A stretch of 64,000 nucleotides of DNA from assembly GCA_013115145.1 (NCBI GenBank), contig JAAPAO010000034.1, positions 58,054 to 122,053 of the forward strand, read 5' to 3'. Below, in pieces: positions 33,904 through 49,086 of this stretch (the first letter of the stretch is position 1; every line of letters starts with the position of its first letter). Under the pieces are notes generated by a model, which was not told the origin of the DNA, did not search any database, and saw nothing but the letters and a program-made list of their open reading frames with translations. Position numbers and translations under genes: made by a program. The stretch comes from Perkinsus chesapeaki ATCC PRA-425. Lineage: Eukaryota > Protista > Perkinsozoa.

Positions 33904-36020
33904 CTATAGCTGATTGTCCCATTGAGCCTTCGCTCTCCGGAATAGGTGATCCGGCACTGGCGAGTATTGGTCCGGCATTACCAGCCTAAAGGAACAGCCC
34001 ATCCACCAACACCTTCTAATGTTCCCTTTACCTTTCTGGCTTGCAATATACGTCATCATCATTTATTTCGGGATCAGGGTTCCCCCAACTATCTGTCGTT
34101 CGTTCCACATACTCCTCCGAGGCCAATGGCAGCGCCTCATTAGCTTCTATGGCTTCTCGACGCAGAAGGTCAACGTTCAACTCACCACTGAATGATAGCA
34201 ACAGTAAAATACGGGATATTGACCATGTTGAATCCGGGAGAAGTAGCTAATATGATGATACCTAATCTATGATGGTTCTGTAGATGGTCGCGTCCGTCCG
34301 CACTTGCAGACTCACATCTGTATCCTCATTATTACAAAATCATACCCTATACTGTATCTTACAACTACACCGATGACGATACACCGAAAGGGTGGCTATA
34401 GACACTATGACTCCATACTCCTACAGTAGGAACAAGGAATTAGGAATCCTGCAGCATCATAAGACTTAATCATCGGCACATTTCGGCAGCCCTTTCCCCA
34501 ATATTATGATACCACCACGCCCTACTGTGCAGGCCATTCCGCCATGCCTTGCTCAGCCCGCTCTTCTTCCCTTTATCACCTCTTATGTATTATAACTGGC
34601 CTCTTAGGCTTCCCTCCAATAGTACCAACTTTCTCTATAGCATCCAGTACCTATTACCAATCTCGCCAGGAATGTGGTATGCAAGTGTTCTAGCACGTCG
34701 GGGTGGTATCCGACTCGGCGACCACGCATTCAATTTCCCTTTAATTCCAGCTTCAGTTTTATTGGACGACAAAGCGTTCTGTACACAATGTTCCTTTGAC
34801 ACAAATTTCAATGCTGATTAAGAAGTCTAACAAGCATCTCAAGACTAGTATAGAGCTTCAACTCACCAACAACGCTGTACACTGTTGCCCGAGTCTCGAC
34901 AGCCCTAGTCTTTAAAGTGTTCTTTATTATTACTCATCCCCTATTACCTCCATACCATGCTCTATCGCACCAAACACTACATGCTTATTGTCCAAATGCT
35001 TCTGAGGTCCAAAGGTTATGAAAAAGTTACTATTATTACTGTGCCTAATGATAAGAAAGGATTTGAGAATGCCACCACAGTAGATGATATACTACACACA
35101 ATAACCAGCTCAGAGACCCTATAAAAGCAAACCCGCCAAACACGCTTTAGGCTAGTCTCCAACATATAGTCCTGTTACCAACTACCCATACCAGCAGCAC
35201 TCGCCCCTCGGGAACTACCCCCACAACACCAACTTACTCCCATCCAGCATCAGCCATGCTTAAGACGCCCCTTTTAGAATGACTAAAGGCAAATCTAAAA
35301 ACAACTATTAAACACCAACCCCCTACCCCCCTCCCCACTATAACCTTTCATTCCTCATAAATTGACCATAAATAGATTCCCCCATTCCACCATTGCCGAA
35401 ATTGAAGTCCCCTCCTTGGCACATAAACCCAGGTATTACTCTGTACATCCTAGTGTTCTGATACCTATACAGATATCATAGAAATTGAGCCTATAAACCA
35501 TACAGTACCATCGTGGCCGCAGCCAATACCCTAGACCGGTCTCCCCTGTACACAGGGCTCGGAAATTCTCGCAGGTTATAGGTAACTAAATAAGCAGAAA
35601 TGCTACAGAGTGAGCAGCACAATATCCAGCGCTTAATAGGGTAAGCTATCCTTCACAATACATTTCTTCATAGTTCCAAGAATCACATCTAGAATGCAGT
35701 CGCGACTCGAGTATATGATCCGTTTGACTATCTTTTATCGAGATTCTCGATAGCGACTATGTACATTGAATTCAGGCAAAATGCTGTTGAACATCACTAA
35801 GCGAATGACATGCTCATTTTGATGTTTCGTTTGCTCTATTAAGCTGTTTCCCACCGTCGATAAAGCCTGCCTTACCACATCATCAAACAGTCTAAATACC
35901 ATTCTGCCAACACCAACATCCCCAACTGCAACATCGAAGTAACTAAGTTATTAACCAATAGTTAACCTTCTAGGCATATACCTACACTCTAGGGTTACTT
36001 GGCCGTATTAAATGAGACAT
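33904..36020 (-). CDS. Cyclophilin-type peptidyl-prolyl isomerase with C-terminal extension, multi-exon
   Basis: NPRVYFDVAVG, TCENFRALCTGE, YRVIPGFMCQGGDF, GVLSMADAG, FFIT, HLDNKHVVFG, VLDAIEKVGT; tail ends AKAQWDNQL* at 33904. Confidence 0.9.
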
Positions 36021-36124
36021 ATACAACACTAATTTACTGCCCCAAATATCCTTGGCAACAGACTAACACTACAAAAAACAGCAGCTCGGTTGAAACTCGG
36101 GAAAAAATGATGAAATTAGTCTTA

Positions 36125-38918
<2,794 letters not shown>

Positions 38919-39136
38919 TCAGAAAGAGTGGTGTCTAAAAGATATTCTTAAGGTTGGTTCGTAGACTGCTCTTCATCCATCTGGAATTTCGCCAGAAGCC
39001 CCAAGTTCCTGTGAACTTGTACGAAGTGTTCTAAAATTCAGAATGCCGATTAACAGCGTTGAGGAGATGCAAGAAAGCAAGATAGCGTTAGTGTCACTTC
39101 TGCTATGTCTCCTCCTTGAGTTTTACCCCATTTCCA

Positions 39137-40168
39137 ATGCTTACTAAGACTGGCATAGGCTTGTATTTGATTGCTCTGGCCGTTGGCCAGGTCCTGCCCG
39201 ACGTGGGAAGTTATATTCCTGATCCTTCACTACCGCTGTCCCCCGATGACCCATTGAGTCAAATCAGAAACATGAGTTTCGGAAGCTCCAGAGAAGTCCT
39301 ATTGGCATATACAGACGACCGAGAGTTCCTTGCCACACTTCAACGTATTACTAAGTCCCACACCAAAGGTAGGCCCGCACTGGAAGCATACAAGGGTACT
39401 TCGTATTTGCTACTGGGCAAAGAACCTCTGTGGTTGGGAAACCTTGGTAAAGTGGCCAATACGAGGCTCGTTGTTACTGTCAACCCAGAGGACCAGTCGA
39501 AGCTGACCTTAAAGATGATGCCGAAATCCTGCAAGGACCCGAATCCCATGTATCAAGTTAAGATGATCAGGGACGATGTAGCCGGTGAAAATGCACCGTT
39601 GCCCGATATAGGGTACTATGTCCATGACCCCGACTACCCATTAGATACCACAAGGCTCATGATTGAGGATATCTCATTTGATGATGGACTATCGACGGCA
39701 CGCCCAAGGGAGGTTAGCTTTACACTGGTCAATGTTGATGGGACGAAGCTCAGAAGCGGGGCTTATCTTAGAGAAATTCAGACAGAGGATCGTATTCTTC
39801 AAGGCTACACAGTCGATGATATGCATCACTCTTACACTTTAGAGAGCCCTTATGGAGAGCAGATTCATTTAGAAGGTTACGGTGATGTGTCTCTTTCGAG
39901 GTTCCTGGTTACTACTAGTCCTGATAACCTATCTAAGGTCACCATTACCTTGAATAAGAATAAAGAAGGGGAGATGAAGTTCAAAATGGCGAAAAGCAAG
40001 GGGAAAGAAGAGAGGAAAAAGAGACCTAATATCCCGACTACTGTGTTGGGCTTCGACTTTACAGAAGACGTCCCCGCTGGAGCAGCCCCTGCCAAGAAAA
40101 GGAGGAGGAAAGGTGAGCCTAGGAAGGTGGTCCGAGATGTTGATGGGAAACCGTATTACCAACAATAA
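39137..40168 (+). CDS. Intronless secreted orphan with two tandem homologous domains and a basic tail
   Basis: Signal peptide MLTKTGIGLYLIALAVG; LPDVGSYIPDPSLPL versus LPDIGYYVHDPDYPL; tail PAKKRRRKG. Confidence 0.75.
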   Translation: MLTKTGIGLYLIALAVGQVLPDVGSYIPDPSLPLSPDDPLSQIRNMSFGSSREVLLAYTDDREFLATLQRITKSHTKGRPALEAYKGTSYLLLGKEPLWLGNLGKVANTRLVVTVNPEDQSKLTLKMMPKSCKDPNPMYQVKMIRDDVAGENAPLPDIGYYVHDPDYPLDTTRLMIEDISFDDGLSTARPREVSFTLVNVDGTKLRSGAYLREIQTEDRILQGYTVDDMHHSYTLESPYGEQIHLEGYGDVSLSRFLVTTSPDNLSKVTITLNKNKEGEMKFKMAKSKGKEERKKRPNIPTTVLGFDFTEDVPAGAAPAKKRRRKGEPRKVVRDVDGKPYYQQ

Positions 40169-40259
40169 GCCATAAGACTCATGTTGATGTTGATGTTAAA
40201 CCGTGTAAAGCACCTATCGTTGTTGAGCTCATTAAAGTTAACAATTATAGTTCCACATA

Positions 40260-42727
40260 TGAATGTCACACAATGGCTCAATCATCAGGCTATAGGGAGG
40301 CAGACATTATTAACCGATATCACCTCTATGAAGGTTAGAGACTTGACCAGGGCCATTAGTGCAGCTATTGGTAATAAAGAGGGGGTTACTATTCGCTTAG
40401 GGTTCTTCAGGAGGATCGGGAGCGGTGTTGGATCATCGTTCGAGACATCTTTTACCTCCAGCAGATATGTGCCATAGACTGACCAGTTGCATAAGGGATA
40501 GAATAAAGGAGGGAGAATTTAAAGGAAAGTAGAGAGTGGCGTCACCACCATAGGCATCAATTTTTCGTGATTTGGCAGGGAGAATCTTCTAGTCTTATGT
40601 CTGGGCTCATTCTCCAAGAGCAGCTATCGTCATACAGTAGTGTTCCGAGAGATCTCAGATGCTCTAATGAATACAGGTATCTTAGCTTGAAGCGAGTTAT
40701 TTAGGTTTTCACCTCTTCGTAGGTTTACTAGTATCATCAGAGATTCCCACTTCCCACGCAATAGCTATTCTTTCGAGTATGACTACTATATCGGGATCTA
40801 GCGCGGACGGCTTGGTTAAGCAGGTCAAACGTGTTTAAAGTTTCGGTTATGTACCTGCTCTTAACAGGTGCTTTCAGCTATATTGGCGAACCCTCTACCA
40901 CTGACTGGCTCGGAGTTGGCCTTGCTGTATACAAGTGTGCATAAGGCTTCTTTGAAAGATATACCTTTGGGGCATCTAGAGGCATTAACTGAAAGGTCTA
41001 TAAGAAATGGATGCTTACTGGGGATCGAACCTGCGTCCTTGACAAATCTTGCATTGTCCCATGCTAAGGTGAGTTACCTGTTTTAGAGGGAAGTGAGTAG
41101 TGAGACTGACTTATGGATAGTGGCCGAACATTCCTGATTTCATTCTTTCTGAAGTTCAATTAACCGCGTTTGCAGATGGTATCTTAAGTTAGAGATGGTA
41201 TCTTAGGTTAGAGGTTGCATTCTGTATTAAAGGTGGTACCTTAGGTTAGAGCTTGCATTCTAGGTTCAAGGTCGTATCTTAGGTTGGAGGTTGCATTCTG
41301 TGTTAAAGGTGGTACCTTAGGTTAGAGCTTGCATTCTAGGTTCAAGGTCGTATCTTAGATTAGAGGTTGCATTCTGTGTTAAAGGTGGTATCTCAGGTTA
41401 GAGCTTGCATTCTAGGTTCAAGGTCGTATCTTAGGTTAGAGGTTGCATTCTGTGTTAAAGGTGGTATCTCAGGTTACAGGGGGCCTGAATAATGCAATGC
41501 CATCTACTGTACCGATAACAATAGCCAATGAGATATCCAAGAGAGTAGTGGATCTCTCAGCATCTCAAGTGGCGGCATGTGCCCTGGCCGTACGGGAATC
41601 GGGAGGAGAAGGAGATGCCTTCAAGAACTGTACCCCACAGCGGTCCATGGGCCATATCTTGAGACAAGCCACCGCTCAGGTCTCGAGGCGCTTGGTAGAG
41701 AGCTTGAGTACAAGCTGCAGGAAATGGACTTTGATGGATGGTGCCAAATGCTGCAGGTGCTGGTGTTTTCAGCTCCAAGGTGGAGGCTAGGCTCTTTCAG
41801 GCCTTTGCTCCGGGTCCGTCGGCTCCGTCCAATTACTCCCAAGTTGCGAATCTTGCATGCATTCATTTAAGGCGAGCATACGAGCAAGCTGATGGTGAGG
41901 GGCAGTCGCCAGCAGCGGTATCATTCAAGCAGGCAGTTGGGGCGTGTTACTCTTTGGCTAAGCATTGGGACTTCCCGAGAGATCAAGCGATTAATCTGAT
42001 GGAAAAACTGTCAAATAGTATCCGACAGTTTCCTGTAACAAATCTGGGCGATGCCGGAAGCATCGCTCATTTGTGGTCTGTTATGAAGGTCAGCGACATA
42101 CCGCTCTTTCATCATCTCCTATCTAGCTTATCCTCTACCCGGAGTAGTGACATTCTCCCTGTGCAGCTACGAAAACTGGTCCTCGCGGTGAGGCTCCAAG
42201 AGGACCTAGATGATGATATCGTCGGCCGATTTGTCACGTGGTGTGCTGGACAGCTGGGTAAACAGTTACCGATGCGATCACTCCCCGATACGGCAAATAT
42301 GCTGACTACTGCCTCTCGTTTGGCGTCGATAAGGACGACGGATGAATCTTATAGAGAGTTGAAGCAGTTGTATCGGAAGACTATAGAAATGTCAATGCCA
42401 GGGAGGGTCTACACTACTCACACTGCATCCTCCAAGCTCATCAACGCGGTCTGCTTGCTGGGTGATGCGGAGATCCTAGCGGAGCTTTTGGCGCGAATGG
42501 ACATCCCTAGGAGCTCGAATAGTCGCTCTCATGGGAACCGATCTGCGCTGTTGGCGTTTGCTCGGAGTTGTTCGCATCTTACAAGACATATGAAACTGCC
42601 GCAAGATACGGCAGTCCATCTAGAGAGTCTTCGACGTGACACTGTGAAGCTGATGAGCGATAAGGAGGCCGCTAGGGACCCGAACTGTAAATGTGTCAGC
42701 TGCCGAACGAAGATGAGCTCCGTGTGA
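40260..42727 (+). CDS. Large helical-repeat hypothetical protein (OPR/HPR-like), multi-exon
   Basis: IEPASLTNLALSHAK, LSASQVAACALAVRE, LGDAGSIAHLWSVMK, SLPDTANMLTTASRL units; boundaries approximate. Confidence 0.5.
41177..41476. repeat. Higher-order minisatellite: 76-bp unit made of two diverged 38-bp monomers, about 4 copies, intronic
   Basis: GAGGTTGCAT at 41211, 41287, 41363 and 41439 (period 76); monomers TATCTTAGGTTAGAGGTTGCATTCTGTGTTAAAGGTGG and TACCTTAGGTTAGAGCTTGCATTCTAGGTTCAAGGTCG. Confidence 0.92.
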
Positions 42728-43079
42728 ATTCATGTTGATGTAACCAATAGTTTCAGCCTACCGTCTCCGGTTTCATTTTCTCCCTCTGTGTTCCGTTGAG
42801 TCATCATCAACTTTAGCTCCCGGGGCTCCACCGCTAACATCGCACTTTGATAACCAGCGCACGTCGCTGTACGTTTTAAGAAGAAACATCCTATAGAGAA
42901 AATGTTTGTTTCTAGCTAAGCTGTTTTCCACCCTCAAGCCCCCCGACCATCCTCAAGCATTTGTTCCCTTAACTTCTGCAAAGGGGTTAGGGGGTATGAC
43001 CCTAATCGTCGAATACGTTCCCGGTGGTAAGAGGTTCGATGTTGATCTCCTAAATAGCTTTGAGAAGTTTCTATCTTAT

Positions 43080-46000
43080 ATGTCGTCTAATGGCATACTT
43101 TTAAGAACCTTTGTCCATTCAAGCTCCTACTTGGCATACTCTCGGTGCGTATTTTCTACCAGTGTAACTGACAATCGACGCCGAGGCTTCGCCCGATGGA
43201 AGAGGCGAGAGGCTAGAAGAAAGGAAAGAGAGAAACCTGCCAATTGGTGGTTATCTCCCTCCGAAGCATCTAGACTGGTAACCTCATACGTATCTTTGTA
43301 ATTAACCTCCTAAGTACCTTTATGAAAAAGCGACCTCCTGCGTATCTTAGTGATCAAACAACCTCCTGCGTATCTTTGTGATCAAAGAACCTCCTGCGTA
43401 TCTTTGTGATCAAAGAACCTCCTGCGTATCTTTGTGATAAAGCAACCTCCTGCGTATCTTTGTGATTAAGCAACCTCCTGCGTCTCTTTGTGATTAAGCA
43501 ACCTCCTGCGTATCTTTGTGATTAAGCAACCTCCTGCGTATCTTTGTGATTAAGCAACCTCCTGCGTATCTTTGTGATTGAGCAACCTCCTGCGTATCCT
43601 TGTGATCAAACGACCTCCTGCGCATCTTTGTGATTAATTGACCTCCTGCGTATCCTAAGGTTGGAATGGTCCCCCTCGAATACACCAGGAATGTCCCCTC
43701 CCTATAGAAGTTGTTATAATCGGCTTTAACTGTTAGCGAGTATCTTTGTATCACTCGGTAACCTAAATCATGTGTTAGGTACCAAGTGCCGATGAGCGAT
43801 TGGAGCATGAAAGCCGGTACGTCCATCCCGAGAAGGGAAGATGGGAAGTTCAAGGTGGGAGGGGCCTCTTGTCTGCCTTCAAGATGCCAGTATCTACTCA
43901 CTCCGACGCCGTACGATATATAGGGGACTACATCTGCTTGGATCAGCATCGCATAATCTACACTTGCATCCTGCCGCCCGTTTCGTTTATTCCCGAACCT
44001 ATCACTTATTCGGTATCGAACGGCCTCGATCTGGTTCGTAGGCATGCCCACTGGTTTCACTACTGATGTTATTGACCATGATGAACTGGCACCACAGGGG
44101 AAGCGGTGTTGTGGCTGCGGATCGACAGTAGGTCATCATCTTGTGCCTCCGGGAGGAAGAGTCGATCAGGTTCAATCATCAGACTGCAGGAAGCAAGGCT
44201 ATGTGCCACAGGCGGTGGCCGATTCCTTCCGAGCTGGCCGGAAGAAAGTCTACAACATGCCCCGGGGGATCTTGGTGAGGAGCTATTTTGGTGGGGAGGT
44301 GCTATAGGCTACCTTCAGATTGATGAAGCTGATCGAGGGAGCGCCCCAGGTGAAGTGATAAAGGTAGAGAGTGGGAAATATAAGATGAAAACTAGGCTTA
44401 TATATTGTCAACGGTGAGTGAAGCGAACGACTCCGAGTAGTACCTGCAATTAGATGCTTTGTACTGCAACAGTATCATCGACTACCGGATCCCAAGAAGG
44501 AGGAGGATAGGCTAAGACGGAAGGAGATCGACCAAGGCCCGCCACTGGAGGATGAGGAGAATGAGGAAGCAGGATCGATAGAAGTAATGCCTCTTGAGGA
44601 GCTTACTCCTGAGGAGCTGGCTGAGGTGATATAGGATTATGGCAGTCGATGGTGATGACTGCTGCTGCTGCTGTGTAAGGTATCACAACAGACAGCTATG
44701 GGGTATTACAAGATGAAAGGAGGATACCAATGGCAAGAGGAGGAGCAGATTGTGGCCAAAGTTGTTAAGAGCATTAAGAAAGGTATGCTGCCGCGAGCGG
44801 AGCATATTTATATAGGTCAACAACCCAGTGTATGATGTCCCTCAAATGACTAGACTTACCCATGTCAAACATACAGTTTGATTTAGTATTTCATCTCCGA
44901 CACCTAAAGGCGTTGTCTAACTCATCAACCGACAGAACCACGTTAGTGGTGCCGTCCGTTCCCGTCACTGTTCCGCTTGCTTTGCTTGACCTCAACTACG
45001 ACTGCCGATCAGGCTTGACTACTTTCAGATTCATTGGTGCTCATGCTTGTCGACATCCTAGACTTCGAGAGCTCAATCGTCCCCGAACTGTTCGAGTCCT
45101 GTCGGCAGAAGAATCTTCAGGTCGGCCGTGCCGCTGACGGTTTCCTATCAGATTTCAGGTTATGTTTGTAATTAATAAAGTGGATGCCATCCCGCATTAT
45201 GAAAAGAAGAAGCATCAGATACGTCAGTGGGCAACTCGAATGAGCCGACAAATTAAGAACTCCCACTGGTCAGATGTGGTAGGCTTGCCTTTACTTTTTC
45301 CCATTACAAGTCATTCCGTCAGGTTCTCGTCTCCTCCTTGAACGGCACTGGCTTCAGTGAGCTTGAGGAGCGAATGCGACAGTACCTTTCATCAGACAAA
45401 CCACGGTAGGGCTCATAGAGCTTCTCCTCCTCCTCCTCTTGTTCTTCATCAGCTTTTAGGTGGATATACATAGTGGGTCGAGTCAACACTGGCAAGAGCA
45501 CCTTCGTTAACCGCTGGCTCCGTCATATTGGCTATACCCATCTTGGAACTGTCAACTACAAACGTGGCACGTAGCAATACTCTCATCACAGGTCGGAGAT
45601 TCTCTATTCCTTCAGTGGAGGCGTCACACGTTCACCTGTGCCGGGTACGACTATGCAGTTCGTAACGTTTGGCCTGCCGCGGAAGTTCCGCCTTGTGGAC
45701 AGTCCAGGAATTCCCTCGAGAGTGCAGCTTTCGAGCTACCTCGATGAAGCTAAAGATTTGTGAGCAGGCTCTGTTCGATAGACATATATCTCTCTGTGCA
45801 TCACCACGCAGATACGATCTCTCCCTGTGTCGGCAGCATCCTGTCCGTCCTGTCACACATACCATTAAGCCCGGAAAGTCTCTGATCATTGGTGGAGGAC
45901 TGGCGAGGATCGACCATAAAGGAGCCTCGACTCAAGGGATGTCGGTGCCTGTCATCAACGACGCCTCGGTTTGCTCATAGCTGACCATCTTAGGCATGCT

Positions 46001-46737
46001 CAGCCAGTTTTCCTGTCATGCTTCCTCAGCAATAAGGTCACGTTGCATGTTATTGATACTAAAAAGGCAGATGACTTCTTGGCGCGCAAGAAAGGTGCCT
46101 CGAGTACCCACGTTAATGTGCAATCACCTTCCAGGCACATTCATGTATCCACCGCATTCGCCAGATGCCCAGATACCCCCACTGGTTAAACACAATGTCG
46201 AGTAGGTCCTAAAAAGATTCCTCACCATCTCTCCAGCTTCTTCCTCAGAGTTTACGCACCCAACCCGCATACAGCGATGGATGACATCTCCATAGCAGGT
46301 CTGGGTTGGGTGACCGTGTACGGGTATGGTCATGAAGAACTTGCTGTATGGGCTCCTGAGGTAGGTAGGCATTGCTGCAAGGATGCCATATGGCGAATTC
46401 TTCAGGGTGTGAAGGTGTTTCGGAGGCCGGCAATGCTGCCCTACACGATCCGTCAAAAAGGCGTGGCGGAGTTCCATCCCAGAGCCAGAGGGAGAGGGCA
46501 AAAGGTGACGAAGGAGAAATACAAGGAAGGGCGAGACAGGTAGGTTGCCGAGGATTGCGTTTGGTTCGTTACTATTGAAGTTGTATTAGGAGTGTGCGAG
46601 ACCGATGGCGATCTGAGACAGCTGCCAAGGAAGCTTCCTTCATGCCAACGAAAGAAGAAGCAGTGGAAGCTGAGGAAGTTCCTTTCGTTGATCCCGAAGT
46701 TGACAGAGGCTCCCAGCTGAATAGCGTTCATTCATGA
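43080..46737 (+). CDS. NOA1: NOA1/YqeH-family circularly permuted GTPase, probably mitochondrial, multi-exon
   Basis: Presequence MSSNGILLRTFVHSS; zinc finger RCCGCG...IYCQR; VGRVNTGKST (G1), PGTT (G2), DSPG (G3); DDISIAGLGWV C-terminal motif; stop 46737. Confidence 0.85.
43281..43655. repeat. 28-bp minisatellite, about 13-14 copies, in NOA1 intron 1
   Basis: ACCTCC core at 43305, 43333 ... 43641; unit GCAACCTCCTGCGTATCTTTGTGATTAA; no spacers. Confidence 0.95.
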
Positions 46738-46822
46738 CTCAATGCATCAATCCCTTTATGTTTCCGAAGGGTGTTTCTGTCCAACATAACGGCCTTGCTG
46801 TTTAGTCAACTCTCTGAGGTCT

Positions 46823-48646
46823 ATGCGTTACGCTGCCTCCATGAGCGAGCATCATCCACACCGTAAAGATTCAATCCGTTCACCAACATCTGCACGTTTG
46901 CGGGAACTACACCGGCGCGTTGATGCACTTCAAGCCGAAATCGATGCATCGCCAAGCAAACAGCCTTCAAGGAGAGGCTCAACCGTGGAGGATCTCGGTA
47001 CACATCACAGATAAAGCTTATTCTAACACTATATCACCTTAAAGTCCCTGGTGGAGTCCCTCGGGTCAGGTTCGGGCAGTCAAGCATCGCGTAGCGAGGC
47101 CCATGGCGATAGGCCACGGCCACATGGCTCGTCACATATATTCGATGGCAACTACGGAGAGAACGGCGATCGCCCACCCGAGGCCACCTCTGGCCGTGTG
47201 CGGTCAAGAGAACTGCCCACGATAGAACCCGAAGTTCACAGAGTGTCATCGCTTGAGCCCTCACGGTCTACTGATATGGCCTTGCGACGGGTCTACGAGG
47301 AGACACACGGCAGACTGGGCAATGATGATCGGCAAGGGACCTCACCGCACGGGGAGGTAAACCTCCCCGGTAGAGACAACTGGCGAATTCCCTCTGTTAG
47401 CCAGATTCGTCGACTGCGTCATGAAACTGAAAGCTACAGCAGGCTGATCCAGGAAAAGAAACTTCGCGAGGATGAGCTTGAGCAGCAGCTTGACCATACT
47501 GAGCGAGAGCTATCTAGGGTACACTGTGTTGGCCAGAATACTAGTGCCTATGTTGTTTACTACTCTATAGACCTGGCCTCGTTCAACCTTACTTTTGCGG
47601 GCTTTCAGCGTGTTATTTAGTGGCCAGAGATCACGAGGTTGGATCCGATTATAATGCTTCGGTTGTCCTCGAGGTTCATGCACGCAGCGGTCCTCTCGAG
47701 AGGAGGGTTGAAGAGTTGAAGGATATTATCAAGCAGCAAGACAAAGTAAATAACATCATACCTTTTGGAAGGAGCTCACGTTAGGAGATGCGTCGGATGT
47801 CCGGGCTACTAGCAGACACCATGAGAACGTCACGAGGATCATCCTCTTCATCGTCCGGCAGTATACATGAGATTGAACGGCTAAAGGGCGAGTTATCCGA
47901 TTACAAGCGGAGGGCCAGAGAAGCAGAAGAGCAAGTGCATGATACCCTATCAATGGTGCCTTCCTTTTACATACTCTCAACAGGCTGGCCAGTGGCAACT
48001 GCTTGAGAAATCTGTTGCACGAGTGCTTGCAAGGCTCACTGCTAGCGTCGGTGGAGGTCTGGTTGCCATAGAATCCTCAAAGCGGAAATCATACAATAAC
48101 CCAGTCGAGTAGGGCTGTCATGGTGCATCTCTCCTTCCTACACACCCGCCCTCAGTTTGAGAATCCATGCTCCGCGTCAGGTTTGTTTACATCTGTGTGT
48201 CGTTGAGCGAAGTTCACGCGTTCACAGAACCCGACGATCCCGAGCCGTTCCTCTCGTTCTCAAAGGAATCCATGAAGGTGGCTCATCGTACCGCCTAACC
48301 CAGCTTTGCGTAATGTGCAGGTGGAGATAGCATCCCCGGAGGAATGTCACAGCGATGCGTGCCACAGCCGTTTGAAGCTGTACCGTTGCCCACATGCGTG
48401 TGGTGAGCCGGAACTTACACTGCGCTGCCGGAACGTACGAGAAACCGAGAAATGGTTGCGGCTTTTGAAAGCGGTAGGTAGTGCCTCGAGACCACCCAAC
48501 CGTGGTGGAATGAGCTTGTTTATCAGGTTGGGGTGAGCATCGAGCTTGCGGAGGCATCACCGTCATCCTCGGTGCCATCCTCAAGGCCATCTACTCCTGT
48601 ATCAACTCGGGCCTTTCGGATACGACAAACGCGGTCCAAAACATAA
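46823..48646 (+). CDS. Coiled-coil protein with probable C-terminal PH-like domain, multi-exon
   Basis: Heptad segments LRELHRRVDALQAEI, LEQQLDHTERELSR, IERLKGELSDYKRR; LTLRCRNVRETEKWLRLLK resembles the PH terminal helix. Confidence 0.5.
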
Positions 48647-49086
48647 GCGCGACAAAGTTTCACTTATCATGAGAAATCGTGTTGTTATATCAGGGTTGTA
48701 GAACCTCCACCGCATAGCAAGCATGACGGTTGGCCGGAAAGCACGGTTGGCCTTATCCATATCAGCACATCTCATCACAGAGCGAGCTTCGTGGTAGCTG
48801 TGGGCGTGATGGGCTCGCGTGCGCCTTCCGCACGATATGGAGTTGCCTGTATCAGGCTGATATCCAACAAACGTTTAATGCTGACTCCATCAGCGTCGAA
48901 GAACGAGACGGGAAAATGCCGTCACCAGCTGCACGCATGCACATAGACCGCTTGCGCCGTAATTGCTCGCCCTGCCCCACTCATTGCACTCAGGGCGGTG
49001 AAGATGCGGAATTCGTCTGGATATGTCCGACTTGTCTTTGATAGTTATCCGTGCTCTCAGCTTAGTTGTGCTAGTAACTTCTACAT

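Noticed and set aside
41011-41042. GGGATCGAACCTGCGTCC resembling an antisense tRNA T-arm
   Set aside because: Lies in a coding exon (GIEPASLTNL repeat unit) and the T-stem does not pair
41177-41476. TTAGG motifs suggesting interstitial telomere
   Set aside because: Motifs are spaced 38 bp apart within a complex unit, not a tandem telomeric array
43281-43655. 28-bp repeats as a CRISPR array
   Set aside because: Head-to-tail with no unique spacers, no cas genes, eukaryotic intron
43494-44060. 188-aa minus ORF running into the 28-bp array
   Set aside because: Antisense to NOA1 exons and intron; the repeat length is not a multiple of 3 and the frame stops within the array
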